Assembly: GCF_000757865.1 (NCBI RefSeq) | Contig: NZ_CP007754.1 | Coordinates: 750,001 to 782,000, forward strand | DNA from: Prochlorococcus sp. MIT 0801 | GTDB taxonomy: Bacteria; Cyanobacteriota; Cyanobacteriia; PCC-6307; Cyanobiaceae | Direction of reading: 5' to 3' | DNA length: 32,000 bases | Shown: positions 7,940 to 17,145 of the stretch, in pieces | Position numbering within the stretch: position 1 is the stretch's first letter | How the letters are laid out: every line of letters starts with the position of its first letter | Position numbers and translations under genes: made by a program | Notes under the pieces: generated by a model | Told to the model about the DNA's origin: nothing | The model's input: only the letters and a program-made list of their open reading frames with translations | Databases searched by the model: none

Positions 7940-10102
7940 TTGTCTACCTACCTTTTAGAAATCGGCACTGAGGAACTACCAGCTGATTTGGCTGAATCTG
8001 TTATTTCCCAGCTTGAGCTAAATGTAAATAATGACTTGAATTCTTCTCAAATAAAATTTAGTGAAATAAGAGTAACTACTACACCCAGAAGAATTGCATT
8101 AACGATTAAAGGGATTGCTCCTTTTTCTGAAGACAATATTGCAGAACGAAAAGGTCCTTCTGTTTCTCAAGCTTTTCATGATGGAAAACCTACAAAAGCA
8201 GCTATTGGTTTTGCTAAAAGATATGATCTATCTCCTGATGAATTAGAGATTCGTCAAACGTCAAAGGGTTCATTCGTTTTTGCTAAATCAATTGAGAAAG
8301 GCAAGCCCGTTACTACTTTATTGTCTGACTATTTACCTAGATGGATCAGCAAGATTCAAGGAAGGAGGTTTATGAGATGGGGCAAAGGTGATTTTCGCTT
8401 TTCGAGACCTATTCGTTGGATTGTTTCTTTGCTTGATTCAGAAGTTCTACCTTTTAAAATTTCAGGGTGTGATCCAGAAATAAAAATAGGTAATATCTCA
8501 AGACCTCATAGGTTGCATGGAGCAAAATTAGAAATAAATAATGCGAAAACTTATTTTGATCAATTGCAAGAGGTTGGAGTCACAGTTGATAGGAATCGTC
8601 GCCTTTCCTGTATAAATGATTTAGTTCTTAAACACGAAATAGATAAAAAAGTTAAGTCAGATTTGACTGATCCCCTTTTAAATGAACTGACAGATTTAGT
8701 TGAGTCTCCTTTACTTGTGACTGGGTGTTTTGATGAATCTTTTCTCGATTTACCCCCTGAAGTTTTGTCCACTGTGATGAAGGTTCATCAAAGATACATC
8801 CCCTTATACAAAGTGAATGTTGAGTTTGATCCATTATCACTTGACTCTAGAAATACTTTGCTTCCTGTTTTTTTGTGTATTAGTAATGGATTACCTTCAG
8901 CAAAAGAGAAAATTATTAAAGGAAATGAAAAAGTGTTAAAGGCAAGATTTGCTGACGCCTCATTTTTTATAAAGTCAGATTTATTAATCAGTAGCTCTTC
9001 ACGTATTGATAAGTTGAAAAATGTAACTTTTGCTGAAGGGTTAGGTTCTTTATATGAGCGTGTAAATCGAATTGAATGGCTTGTTAAATTATTAACTTTA
9101 AAACTTGAATTTGATCAAGAGGATATTCAAAAATCTGTAAAAGTTGCACATTTTTCTAAACATGATTTAGTTAGTAATATGGTTGATGAATTTCCAGAGT
9201 TGCAAGGAATTATTGGATCTAAATACTTACTTCACGAAGGAGAATTAAGAGATGTATGCCTTGGTGTTTTGGAACATTATAAACCTAAAGGAACTTCTGA
9301 TTCGCTTCCTTCAAATAAACTTGGTAATGCGGTTTCATTAGCGGAACGTTTTGAATTGCTTATCAGCATTTATGCTAAGGGCGAAAGGCCTTCTGGCTCA
9401 TCTGATCCATATGCCTTGAGAAGGGCTGCTAATGGAATTTTATTGATTTTATGGAATAAAGATTGGCAATTAAATATAAATAATATACTAAATGATTCAC
9501 TTATTTATTGGCAGAATCTTTTCCCTTCTCTCTCTCTTGACATAAGTACTATTCTGTCCGAGTTGAAGGAATTCTTTCGTCAAAGAATTATTAGTTTATT
9601 AGAAGAGAAAGATGTTGACTTTGATATTATTCAGGCAGTTGCAGGAGATACTACTTCAACATCAAAATTATTGGATGATCCTACAGACGTCTATTTTCGA
9701 ACTTCACTATTGATGGAAATGAGAAAAAATAATACACTTAATTTGTTGCAAGCTGTAGTGACTCGAGCCTCTAAGTTGGCAGCTAAAAGTACTATCTCCA
9801 AAGATATCATTGATCCTTTAGATTTTGTTGATAAGTCTCTATTTGAAAAGGATTGTGAAAGAGAAATGTTTGAGGTGTTGGAGAAATTAAAACCTCTAGC
9901 TGTAAATTGTGATCGTGATAAATATAAGTTGTTAGCTGATGGTCTAGTCTCAAGTACTGAAACTTTATCAAACTTTTTTGATGGAGAAGGAAGTGTAATG
10001 GTAATGACGGAGAATCTTAATCTACGAAATAACAGACTTAATCTATTGACGATACTTAGGAATCAATCTTTCAAGCTTGCTGATTTCAGCAAGCTTGGTT
10101 AA
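7940..10102 (+). CDS. glyS: Glycine--tRNA ligase beta subunit
   Basis: The N-terminus LLEIGTEELPA is the GlyS signature. PRRIA, MRWG and DPYALRRAANGI motifs are present. Length is 720 aa with a TTG start at 7940. Confidence 0.93.
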   Translation: MSTYLLEIGTEELPADLAESVISQLELNVNNDLNSSQIKFSEIRVTTTPRRIALTIKGIAPFSEDNIAERKGPSVSQAFHDGKPTKAAIGFAKRYDLSPDELEIRQTSKGSFVFAKSIEKGKPVTTLLSDYLPRWISKIQGRRFMRWGKGDFRFSRPIRWIVSLLDSEVLPFKISGCDPEIKIGNISRPHRLHGAKLEINNAKTYFDQLQEVGVTVDRNRRLSCINDLVLKHEIDKKVKSDLTDPLLNELTDLVESPLLVTGCFDESFLDLPPEVLSTVMKVHQRYIPLYKVNVEFDPLSLDSRNTLLPVFLCISNGLPSAKEKIIKGNEKVLKARFADASFFIKSDLLISSSSRIDKLKNVTFAEGLGSLYERVNRIEWLVKLLTLKLEFDQEDIQKSVKVAHFSKHDLVSNMVDEFPELQGIIGSKYLLHEGELRDVCLGVLEHYKPKGTSDSLPSNKLGNAVSLAERFELLISIYAKGERPSGSSDPYALRRAANGILLILWNKDWQLNINNILNDSLIYWQNLFPSLSLDISTILSELKEFFRQRIISLLEEKDVDFDIIQAVAGDTTSTSKLLDDPTDVYFRTSLLMEMRKNNTLNLLQAVVTRASKLAAKSTISKDIIDPLDFVDKSLFEKDCEREMFEVLEKLKPLAVNCDRDKYKLLADGLVSSTETLSNFFDGEGSVMVMTENLNLRNNRLNLLTILRNQSFKLADFSKLG

Positions 10103-10126
10103 TTACTTAGATTAATATTGGTATTA

Positions 10127-11458
10127 TTATTTACTGGCTTTAATACCACCTTTGATTGAACTTACTGCTAACATTTTATTAACTTCTTTATCATCTCTGA
10201 CTGCACTAGGTACTGGCTTATATGTGCTCGGTGCTAGTGCTTTCCCTCTTAAAACAGAACCAATTGTCAGTAAGGTAAGTTTTAATTGTTGAAGCGGCTT
10301 CATTGCAACTACAGTTTTGTAGAGATAACTATCAAATGTAAGTCTTTGAACATCCATGTCACCACACATCTCTACAAAGGCTTCTCTTGCTCCATCACTG
10401 GTGTAGAAAATTCTTTGGAGAATATCTAAAACTGTATATGTAATTCCATACTTTTTATCCCATTTTTTTAGATATTTTTTTAAATCATTTTCCGTAGGTA
10501 TTATTTTTCCATTTTGACTTGATTCGACAATCTGCTCGGCACACATCCTTCCACTTTTGGCCGCAAAATAAATTCCTTCTCCTGAACTTTTGGTTACATA
10601 ACCTGCCGCATCTCCGACTAGAGCCATTCTTCCAACAACTCTCCTTGGTCTGGGATGTTCAGGAATTGGATGAGCTTCTACTTTGATTACTTCTCCATTT
10701 ACTAGTCTCTTCTTGGCTCTTTCTCTGACGCCAATTTGGAGGCTTTTTATTAAACCACCATTTTGTTTCATTGTTCCTGTTCCAGCTGCAACATGGTCAT
10801 ATTTTGGAAAGACCCAACCATAGAAATCTGGTGATACGTCTGTTCCGACATACATTTCGGCCCTATCTTCGTAATACTTCATTTCCTCTTTAGGAAGCTT
10901 TATCCTTTCTTGAATTGCTACTGCATAGTTGTAATCACCAGCATCCATTGCTTTTGCAACTCTGCTTGTTGCGCCATCGGCTCCAACAATTAAATCCACT
11001 TCAAGTTGCTTACCTTTCTCTTCAGATTTGTCGTTAAGGATTTCGGTGTAATGAAGTGTATAGGGACCTTGTTTGTTAGTACCAGTTTCTATTTTTGATA
11101 CCAATCCATTTACTAATGTTGCGCCAAGTTCAGCGGCGCGATTTCTCATGAATGAATCCATCACCTCACGCCTCAACATACCTATATATTCTTTATCGCT
11201 TCCTGGATAGATATCATCCAAAATAATATCAACTTCTCTGTTTGATGGGGATATCATTTTCATGTTCCTGACTTTCCTATCAATAATTGATTCCGGAAGA
11301 TCAAATTCAGAAACCATACACAATGGAATCGCTCCTCCACATGGTTTTGCGTTATCAAGCTTTCTCTCGAAAATCCAAGTTTTAATTCCTGCCTTAGCTA
11401 AAATTTCTGCAGCGCATGATCCACTTGGTCCACCGCCAATAACAGCAACTCTTAACAT
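10127..11458 (-). CDS. chlP: Geranylgeranyl diphosphate/bacteriochlorophyll reductase (chlorophyll phytol-tail synthesis)
   Basis: FAD-binding fold VAVIGGGPSGSCAAEILAKAG, followed by KPCGGAIPLCMV, GADGANS-like GADGATSRVAK, and LVGDAAGYVTKSSGEGIYFAAKSGRMCAE. This is the typical ChlP pattern. Confidence 0.93.
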   Translation of the reverse strand: MLRVAVIGGGPSGSCAAEILAKAGIKTWIFERKLDNAKPCGGAIPLCMVSEFDLPESIIDRKVRNMKMISPSNREVDIILDDIYPGSDKEYIGMLRREVMDSFMRNRAAELGATLVNGLVSKIETGTNKQGPYTLHYTEILNDKSEEKGKQLEVDLIVGADGATSRVAKAMDAGDYNYAVAIQERIKLPKEEMKYYEDRAEMYVGTDVSPDFYGWVFPKYDHVAAGTGTMKQNGGLIKSLQIGVRERAKKRLVNGEVIKVEAHPIPEHPRPRRVVGRMALVGDAAGYVTKSSGEGIYFAAKSGRMCAEQIVESSQNGKIIPTENDLKKYLKKWDKKYGITYTVLDILQRIFYTSDGAREAFVEMCGDMDVQRLTFDSYLYKTVVAMKPLQQLKLTLLTIGSVLRGKALAPSTYKPVPSAVRDDKEVNKMLAVSSIKGGIKASK

Positions 11459-11595
11459 CTTTGGATGAAAAATTTAGTTCTTTATATATAAAACTTACAT
11501 CGTTATCTAATAGAAAGTATAAAGATTAAAGATACTCGTTACTATCGAAACATCATTTTTGCGAATTCCAATTGTTTTGACCATAAGCAGATCGT

Positions 11596-12306
11596 ATGAA
11601 TTATCAAGATGACATCCCGCTGGCAAGAAGGATTAAATCCATAAAAACCATTACTAACAAGTCTTTTTTGCTTGTAGGACTTCTATTTCTTGGCCTTGGT
11701 ATAACTGTTACGTTTTTAGCTAATAAATCATTTTTAAGCCAAAGAAAATCCTTAGATGATTCGATTAATTCCATTGAGACAAGTCAGAATAAAAGCTTGT
11801 TAGGCCATCTCCCCTATAAAGAGGCTTCTAAAAAAGATTTAATTCTTTTTTCTCCGGGTATTTATGTTCATAAAGATATCTATGAAAATTTTAAGGAAAT
11901 GCAATTTATGGCTGCCCAAAGAGGGGTTTCTCTTCAACTATTAAGTGGTTATAGATCAATAAATTTGCAAAGGGATATTTTTTATGAAAATAAATCTATT
12001 AGAAATCAAACTGCTGTTGAGCGCTCAAGGGACTCAGCTCCTCCTGGTTATTCTGAACACAGCACAGGGTATGCAATCGATGTTGGTGATGGAAATTATC
12101 CAGATACTCATTTTGAGGTTGAATTTGAACAAACGCCAGCTTTTAAATGGATGAAGAGGTTTGCCTCTAAATATCATTTCGTTCTTTCTTTTCCACCCAA
12201 CAACAAGCAGGGAGTAACTTATGAGCCTTGGCATTGGAGATTTGAGGGGACTGTTAATGCTTTGAGGGAATTTGACGCTGCTAATAAAATTATAAAATTC
12301 AAATAA
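11596..12306 (+). CDS. D-alanyl-D-alanine carboxypeptidase, VanY family (peptidase M15B), with an N-terminal membrane anchor
   Basis: Zn-binding motifs SEHSTGYAIDV (SxHxxGxAxD) and EPWHWRF. One N-terminal TM segment (FLLVGLLFLGLGITVTFL). Confidence 0.82.
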   Translation: MNYQDDIPLARRIKSIKTITNKSFLLVGLLFLGLGITVTFLANKSFLSQRKSLDDSINSIETSQNKSLLGHLPYKEASKKDLILFSPGIYVHKDIYENFKEMQFMAAQRGVSLQLLSGYRSINLQRDIFYENKSIRNQTAVERSRDSAPPGYSEHSTGYAIDVGDGNYPDTHFEVEFEQTPAFKWMKRFASKYHFVLSFPPNNKQGVTYEPWHWRFEGTVNALREFDAANKIIKFK

Positions 12307-12327
12307 TCATGACTTAATTTTTTTACT

Positions 12328-12350
12328 TCGAATTTTATATTCGATATTTT
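12328..12350 (+). terminator. Candidate intrinsic terminator after the VanY-like gene
   Basis: Hairpin TCGAAT-tttat-ATTCGA (12328..12344) followed by TATTTT, 22 nt after the stop codon. The stem is short (6 bp) and AT-rich. Confidence 0.3.
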
Positions 12351-12437
12351 GATTGGCATTTAAAAAAGCTAAATGAAGTCATCGTGAGATATTCTTTATG
12401 TTTCTATTAACCAAAAGAATTTTAATTTTCTTAAATT

Positions 12438-14234
12438 ATGAGTTTTGATATACAAGCTATAAGGAATATCGCAATAATTGCTCACGTTGATCACGGTAAG
12501 ACAACTTTGGTTGATGCTCTTTTAAATCAATCTGGCACTTTTCGAGATAACGAGGACGTCCCAACTTGTGCGTTGGATTCCAATGAATTGGAACGTGAAA
12601 GAGGGATAACAATTCTTTCGAAAAACACAGCTGTTACTTATAACGATACTCGGATAAACATTGTTGATACACCAGGTCATGCTGATTTTGGAGGAGAAGT
12701 CGAAAGGGTTTTGGGAATGGTGGATGGCTGTCTTCTAGTAGTTGATGCTAACGAGGGACCAATGCCACAAACTCGATTCGTTCTGAAGAAAGCTTTAGAG
12801 CAAGGCTTAAGACCTATTGTTTTTGTGAATAAAATTGATCGTGCAAGGGTAGAACCAGAAACCGCGGTAGACAAAGTTTTAGATCTGTTTTTGGAGTTAG
12901 GCGCTGATGATGATCAATGTGATTTTCCTTATTTATTTGGGAGTGGATTAGGAGGGTTTGCCAAGACTGAAGTGAAAAGTGAAAACGATAATATGAAACC
13001 TTTATTTGAGGCAATTATTAGACAAGTTCCTCCTCCAGTTGGCGATGTGAGTAAGCCTTTACAATTACAAGTCACGACCCTAGATTACTCAGATTTCTTA
13101 GGAACAATTATTATTGGAAGAGTACATAATGGTGTAATTAAAAACGGCCAAAGGACATGTTTGATAAAGGAAGACGGCAGTTTAAAAAAAGGAAGGATTA
13201 ATAAATTATTAGGATTTAAGGGATTAAAAAGAATTGAAATTGAAGAAGCAAATGCTGGAGATATAGTTGCCTTGGCTGGCTTTGATGAAGTTTCTATTGG
13301 TGAAACTGTAGCCTGCCCTGATGAACCGAAACCTTTACCCCTAATTAAGGTAGATGAGCCAACCTTGCAGATGACTTTTGTTGTTAATGATTCTCCTTTT
13401 GCAGGAAAAGAGGGCAAGTTCGTAACCAGTCGGCAGTTGAAGGATCGTTTAAATAAAGAACTTCTAACGAATGTTGCTTTAAGAGTTGAAGATACGGATT
13501 CTCCTGACCGTTTTTCTGTTAGTGGAAGGGGAGAGTTACATCTAGGAATTCTTATAGAGACAATGAGAAGAGAGGGGTATGAATTTCAAGTTTCTCAACC
13601 ACAAGTAATTTTCAGGACAATAGATGAAATTAAATGTGAACCTGTTGAAACGCTTGTCCTTGACGTCCCTGAAGCTTCTATTGGTGCTTGTATTGAGAGC
13701 CTTGGGGTAAGAAAAGGTGAAATGCAAAATATGGAAACTGGTACTGATCATCGAACTCAACTTGAGTTTGTTATTCCCTCAAGAGGCTTGATTGGATTTA
13801 GGGGTGAATTTATTCGTGCAACAAGAGGAGAAGGGATTATGAGTCATTCATTTTTTGAATACAGGCCATCTGTAGGAGATTTTGAGCAAAGGAGAAATGG
13901 AGTTCTTATTTCATTTGAAGAGGGTGTAGCTACCTTCTATTCCCTAAAGAATGCAGAAGACCGTGGACAATTTTTTATTACTCCTGGAGCCAAGGTTTAT
14001 AAAGGAATGATTATTGGAGAAAACAAACGACCACAAGATCTTGAATTAAATATCTGTAGGGCTAAACAACTTACCAACATGCGATCAGCTGGTGCAGAGG
14101 AGCTAGATCAATTGCAATCCCCAATCGAAATGACATTAGAAAGAGCTCTTGAATACATTGGACCAGGAGAGATGTTGGAAGTTACTCCTGAATCTATAAG
14201 GCTTAGAAAAATTAAAGCAAAGAAAAATTTGTAA
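12438..14234 (+). CDS. typA: Translational GTPase TypA/BipA
   Basis: G1 [10 protein letters not shown]3 [12 protein letters not shown] and G4 NKIDR. The EF-G-like domain order is present, and the C-terminal RLRK tail is typical of BipA. Length is 598 aa. Confidence 0.95.
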   Translation: MSFDIQAIRNIAIIAHVDHGKTTLVDALLNQSGTFRDNEDVPTCALDSNELERERGITILSKNTAVTYNDTRINIVDTPGHADFGGEVERVLGMVDGCLLVVDANEGPMPQTRFVLKKALEQGLRPIVFVNKIDRARVEPETAVDKVLDLFLELGADDDQCDFPYLFGSGLGGFAKTEVKSENDNMKPLFEAIIRQVPPPVGDVSKPLQLQVTTLDYSDFLGTIIIGRVHNGVIKNGQRTCLIKEDGSLKKGRINKLLGFKGLKRIEIEEANAGDIVALAGFDEVSIGETVACPDEPKPLPLIKVDEPTLQMTFVVNDSPFAGKEGKFVTSRQLKDRLNKELLTNVALRVEDTDSPDRFSVSGRGELHLGILIETMRREGYEFQVSQPQVIFRTIDEIKCEPVETLVLDVPEASIGACIESLGVRKGEMQNMETGTDHRTQLEFVIPSRGLIGFRGEFIRATRGEGIMSHSFFEYRPSVGDFEQRRNGVLISFEEGVATFYSLKNAEDRGQFFITPGAKVYKGMIIGENKRPQDLELNICRAKQLTNMRSAGAEELDQLQSPIEMTLERALEYIGPGEMLEVTPESIRLRKIKAKKNL

Positions 14235-14239
14235 AGAGA

Positions 14240-14620
14240 ATGAACACTATGGATAATGAAGATGATTTATTTATAAATGATCCTCGTTTTGAAATAGGAA
14301 TGAAATTATTTAATTCTTGTCAGTGGTACAAATCCCATGATGTTTTTGAAGAGATATGGCATGAGACTGGTGGTGCTGAAAGGCAGTTGTTACAGGGAAT
14401 ATTGCAAGTGGCTGTTGCACAAGTTCATTTAGAAAATAGTAATATAAATGGGGCGACCATTCTTTACGGAGAGGCATTAGGTAGATTGAAAAAATTTCAA
14501 TTATCTAATTTAGGATTAGATATTGAAGGACTTTCTAAATGTGTTTCAAAGAGATTGGAATTGCTACAAGTTGGTAAGGACCTAGCTTGTTCCTCCATTC
14601 CCGTTCTCAATTTCCTTTGA
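14240..14620 (+). CDS. DUF309 domain protein
   Basis: The pattern FN..QWYKSHDVFEEIWHE....ERQLLQGILQVAVAQVHLENSNINGA matches the DUF309 helical-pair signature as I recall it. It starts 5 nt after typA, so it is probably co-transcribed. Confidence 0.75.
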   Translation: MNTMDNEDDLFINDPRFEIGMKLFNSCQWYKSHDVFEEIWHETGGAERQLLQGILQVAVAQVHLENSNINGATILYGEALGRLKKFQLSNLGLDIEGLSKCVSKRLELLQVGKDLACSSIPVLNFL

Positions 14621-14630
14621 AAACTTTGTT

Positions 14631-14649
14631 AAGCCTCACACAGGTTTTT
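14631..14649 (+). terminator. Weak candidate terminator hairpin after the typA/DUF309 unit
   Basis: AAGCCU-cacac-AGGUUU hairpin (6 bp including one G-U) running into a T tract, 11 nt after the stop at 14620. Predicted stability is low. Confidence 0.25.
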
Positions 14650-14781
14650 GGTTGAAAGAAAGATGATTTCATATTATTTTTCTTGTTATACTTTTTTGAT
14701 TTTCTTCAATTTTAAGTACAGAATAAAAGTAAAATTTAGATTAATTCAAATTATATAAATCGACATTCTGGATAAATCACA

Positions 14782-16338
14782 ATGGAATTTAGAAGAATCA
14801 ATCAAATACAGTTATCGAATCATCGTTTTTATGAGATATTTTTACCTACTTTATTTATAATTATAGGTTTATTTGGTGCATTTAATCATGCTCTTTGGAG
14901 AGATGAAATGCAAGGATGGCTGGTGGCTTGGCAAAGTGATAACTTAATAGATTTATGGAAAAATAACGCTCCATCTGGACATCCAGTCCTATGGTCATTT
15001 CTAATTTACTTATCGAAAAATATTACTGGAACACCCATAAGTATGCAGCTTATGCATTGGTTTTTAGGCAGCTCTGCGATTGCAATTTTTTGGAGATTTA
15101 GTCCTTTTAATCTAATAACTAAAGCTTTATTTACTTTTGGATATTTTCCTTTTTGGGAATATTTCTTTGTGTGCCGTCATTATGTGATTGCAGAATTAAT
15201 AATATTTATTTTTTGTTCTATTTATCATTTAAAAGAAAAAACTTACATACCATTTTCTTTATGTATTGGTCTTTTGGCTAATACACAAGCTTTGTCTTGG
15301 TCATTGTCATTTGCTATTGGAATGACTCTTGTATTGGATTGGTTTTTGAACCCAAATCAAAGAAAAAATTATAAAAGAAATAAAAGGTGGATTCTTGATT
15401 TTTCTTCTAGCATTGCTATTTCCTCAACATTATTGTGTTTTGGAGCCTTTAGTCTTCTCCAAGTAAGAGATTCAGTTAAGTTGCTTTCCTCTTTTATAGA
15501 TATACGTCACTTTCTTCGAGTAATAGGACAGGTTTTTGGAGGATATATGCTTGTTATCCCTAATTCAAGTAGGTTTTTTGACTTGATTTTATGTGCGTTA
15601 ATTACTTTGATTTTGATAGTAAGTACAATCACATTCATTAGATCTTATAGGCAAGCATTAATTTATTTTCTAAGTGGGATTCTATTTTTATTTCTGTTTA
15701 ACTATTTTTTATTTTTGGGAGATGGATCAAGACATTATGGATATTATTTTCTATTGATTATTTCCTCATCATGGTTAGCCTTATCAAATCGAGACCAACA
15801 AATTAGGTCCTCTGATAATCAAAATTTATTCACTAAAGGTAATTTATTTTATTTCCCTAGATTACTTACTATTTGTTTGACCATACATATGGTTGTTGGG
15901 ATTCATATGGTCATAAATGATTTTAGGTTACCGTATTCAAGTGGAAAGGAAACTGCTCAGTATATACAGACTAAGGGATGGCAGGACTCGCCAATATTTG
16001 CGACTAGAGATGTTGAGGTTGCGACAGTATCTGGGTACCTCAATAGGGAATTCTACGTACCTGAATTGAAAGGATTTGGTAGTTATGCTCAATGGGCTAA
16101 TAGGGTTACGTTAGACAGAACTAAAACACTCGATGAAGTCCAGGTTTATTTAGATAAATTTCCTAAAGTTAATAAATTATTACTACTTTTAAGTAATCGA
16201 TCATCTATTAAGAATTTGCAGCCAGGTGAATCACTTTATGTTGATAAAATTAGAGTTATTGCTGATTCTAAATTTGAGAATTCTTTTCATGATTCAGAGA
16301 AGTTCTACATATATTGGGTTGAGAGGATTGTTGATTAA
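14782..16338 (+). CDS. Polytopic integral membrane protein of unknown function, possibly a GT-C-fold glycosyltransferase-like protein
   Basis: About 11-13 hydrophobic segments followed by a soluble C-terminal domain of about 140 aa. An acidic WRDE motif follows TM1, then SGHPVLW, resembling the DE...PPL first-loop pattern of ArnT/PMT-type enzymes. It lies directly upstream of lptB. Confidence 0.8.
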   Translation: MEFRRINQIQLSNHRFYEIFLPTLFIIIGLFGAFNHALWRDEMQGWLVAWQSDNLIDLWKNNAPSGHPVLWSFLIYLSKNITGTPISMQLMHWFLGSSAIAIFWRFSPFNLITKALFTFGYFPFWEYFFVCRHYVIAELIIFIFCSIYHLKEKTYIPFSLCIGLLANTQALSWSLSFAIGMTLVLDWFLNPNQRKNYKRNKRWILDFSSSIAISSTLLCFGAFSLLQVRDSVKLLSSFIDIRHFLRVIGQVFGGYMLVIPNSSRFFDLILCALITLILIVSTITFIRSYRQALIYFLSGILFLFLFNYFLFLGDGSRHYGYYFLLIISSSWLALSNRDQQIRSSDNQNLFTKGNLFYFPRLLTICLTIHMVVGIHMVINDFRLPYSSGKETAQYIQTKGWQDSPIFATRDVEVATVSGYLNREFYVPELKGFGSYAQWANRVTLDRTKTLDEVQVYLDKFPKVNKLLLLLSNRSSIKNLQPGESLYVDKIRVIADSKFENSFHDSEKFYIYWVERIVD

Positions 16339-16413
16339 TCTTCTATAGTTTAAGTGTGATCTATTTTCAGATATTTTTCATGTATAAGCTTCTCCCACTT
16401 ATGTTCTATTGAA

Positions 16414-17139
16414 ATGACTCTACTTATTGAGAGTTTGGATTTAACCTTATCCAATAAAACAATTGTAAAAAACGTTGATTTAAATGTTAAACCTGGGGAA
16501 GTGGTTGGTCTTTTAGGACCAAATGGTGCGGGTAAAACTAGTACTTTTAATTTGATCATGGGCTTGATTAAGCCAAACAAAGGCAATATCTACTTGGAGG
16601 GGAATAGCATAAAAAAATTTTCGATGACAAAAAGAGTTCAATTAGGGATAGGTTATTTACCTCAAGAACCAAGTGTCTTTAGAAATCTTACAGTTATTGA
16701 GAATTTGGATATTGCTCTTTCTCAAGCTAAGTTATCAATTTCTTTGTTTAGGAAAAAACGTGAAGAATTGATTGAGGAATTTAATTTGGTCTCTTTCCTT
16801 GATCGCTTTGGCCATCAACTTTCCGGTGGAGAAAGACGCAGATGTGAAGTCGCTAGAGCTTTGGCTGTGGGACGTTTAGGTCCAAAATTTTTACTCTTAG
16901 ACGAGCCTTTTGCAGGAGTTGATCCTATTGCTATAAATGATCTACAGAATTTAATTAGGAAATTAAAAAATAAGAATATAGGCATATTAATTACTGATCA
17001 TAATGTTAGAGCAACTTTGGCTATAACCGAACGTTCTTATATTCTTAATCAAGGGGAAATACTTGCCGATGGAACGTCTGATCAATTAACAAAAAATCAA
17101 ATTGTTAAAGATAGCTATCTGGGGAATTCATTCGATTAA
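16414..17139 (+). CDS. lptB: LPS export ABC transporter ATP-binding protein LptB
   Basis: Walker A GPNGAGKT, signature LSGGERRRCEVARAL (LptB-type), and Walker B LLLDEPFAGVDP. Length is 241 aa and an LptF/G-family permease follows. Confidence 0.88.
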   Translation: MTLLIESLDLTLSNKTIVKNVDLNVKPGEVVGLLGPNGAGKTSTFNLIMGLIKPNKGNIYLEGNSIKKFSMTKRVQLGIGYLPQEPSVFRNLTVIENLDIALSQAKLSISLFRKKREELIEEFNLVSFLDRFGHQLSGGERRRCEVARALAVGRLGPKFLLLDEPFAGVDPIAINDLQNLIRKLKNKNIGILITDHNVRATLAITERSYILNQGEILADGTSDQLTKNQIVKDSYLGNSFD

Positions 17140-17145
17140 TTAGCT

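Noticed and set aside
13085-13417. 110-aa ORF antisense to typA. Other antisense ORFs inside typA are 12677..12874, 12814..13014 and 13542..13760.
   Set aside because: All lie entirely inside a strongly supported, motif-rich gene on the other strand. The translations are low-complexity with no motifs, typical shadow ORFs of a coding region.
14634-14641. CCUCACAC, reminiscent of the conserved Yfr1 sRNA motif (ACUCCUCACAC as I recall it), in the spacer after the DUF309 gene
   Set aside because: The match is only partial. It forms the stem and loop of a small hairpin rather than a single-stranded stretch flanked by two stem-loops, and there is no convincing promoter or strong terminator. A weak terminator hairpin is the more likely reading.
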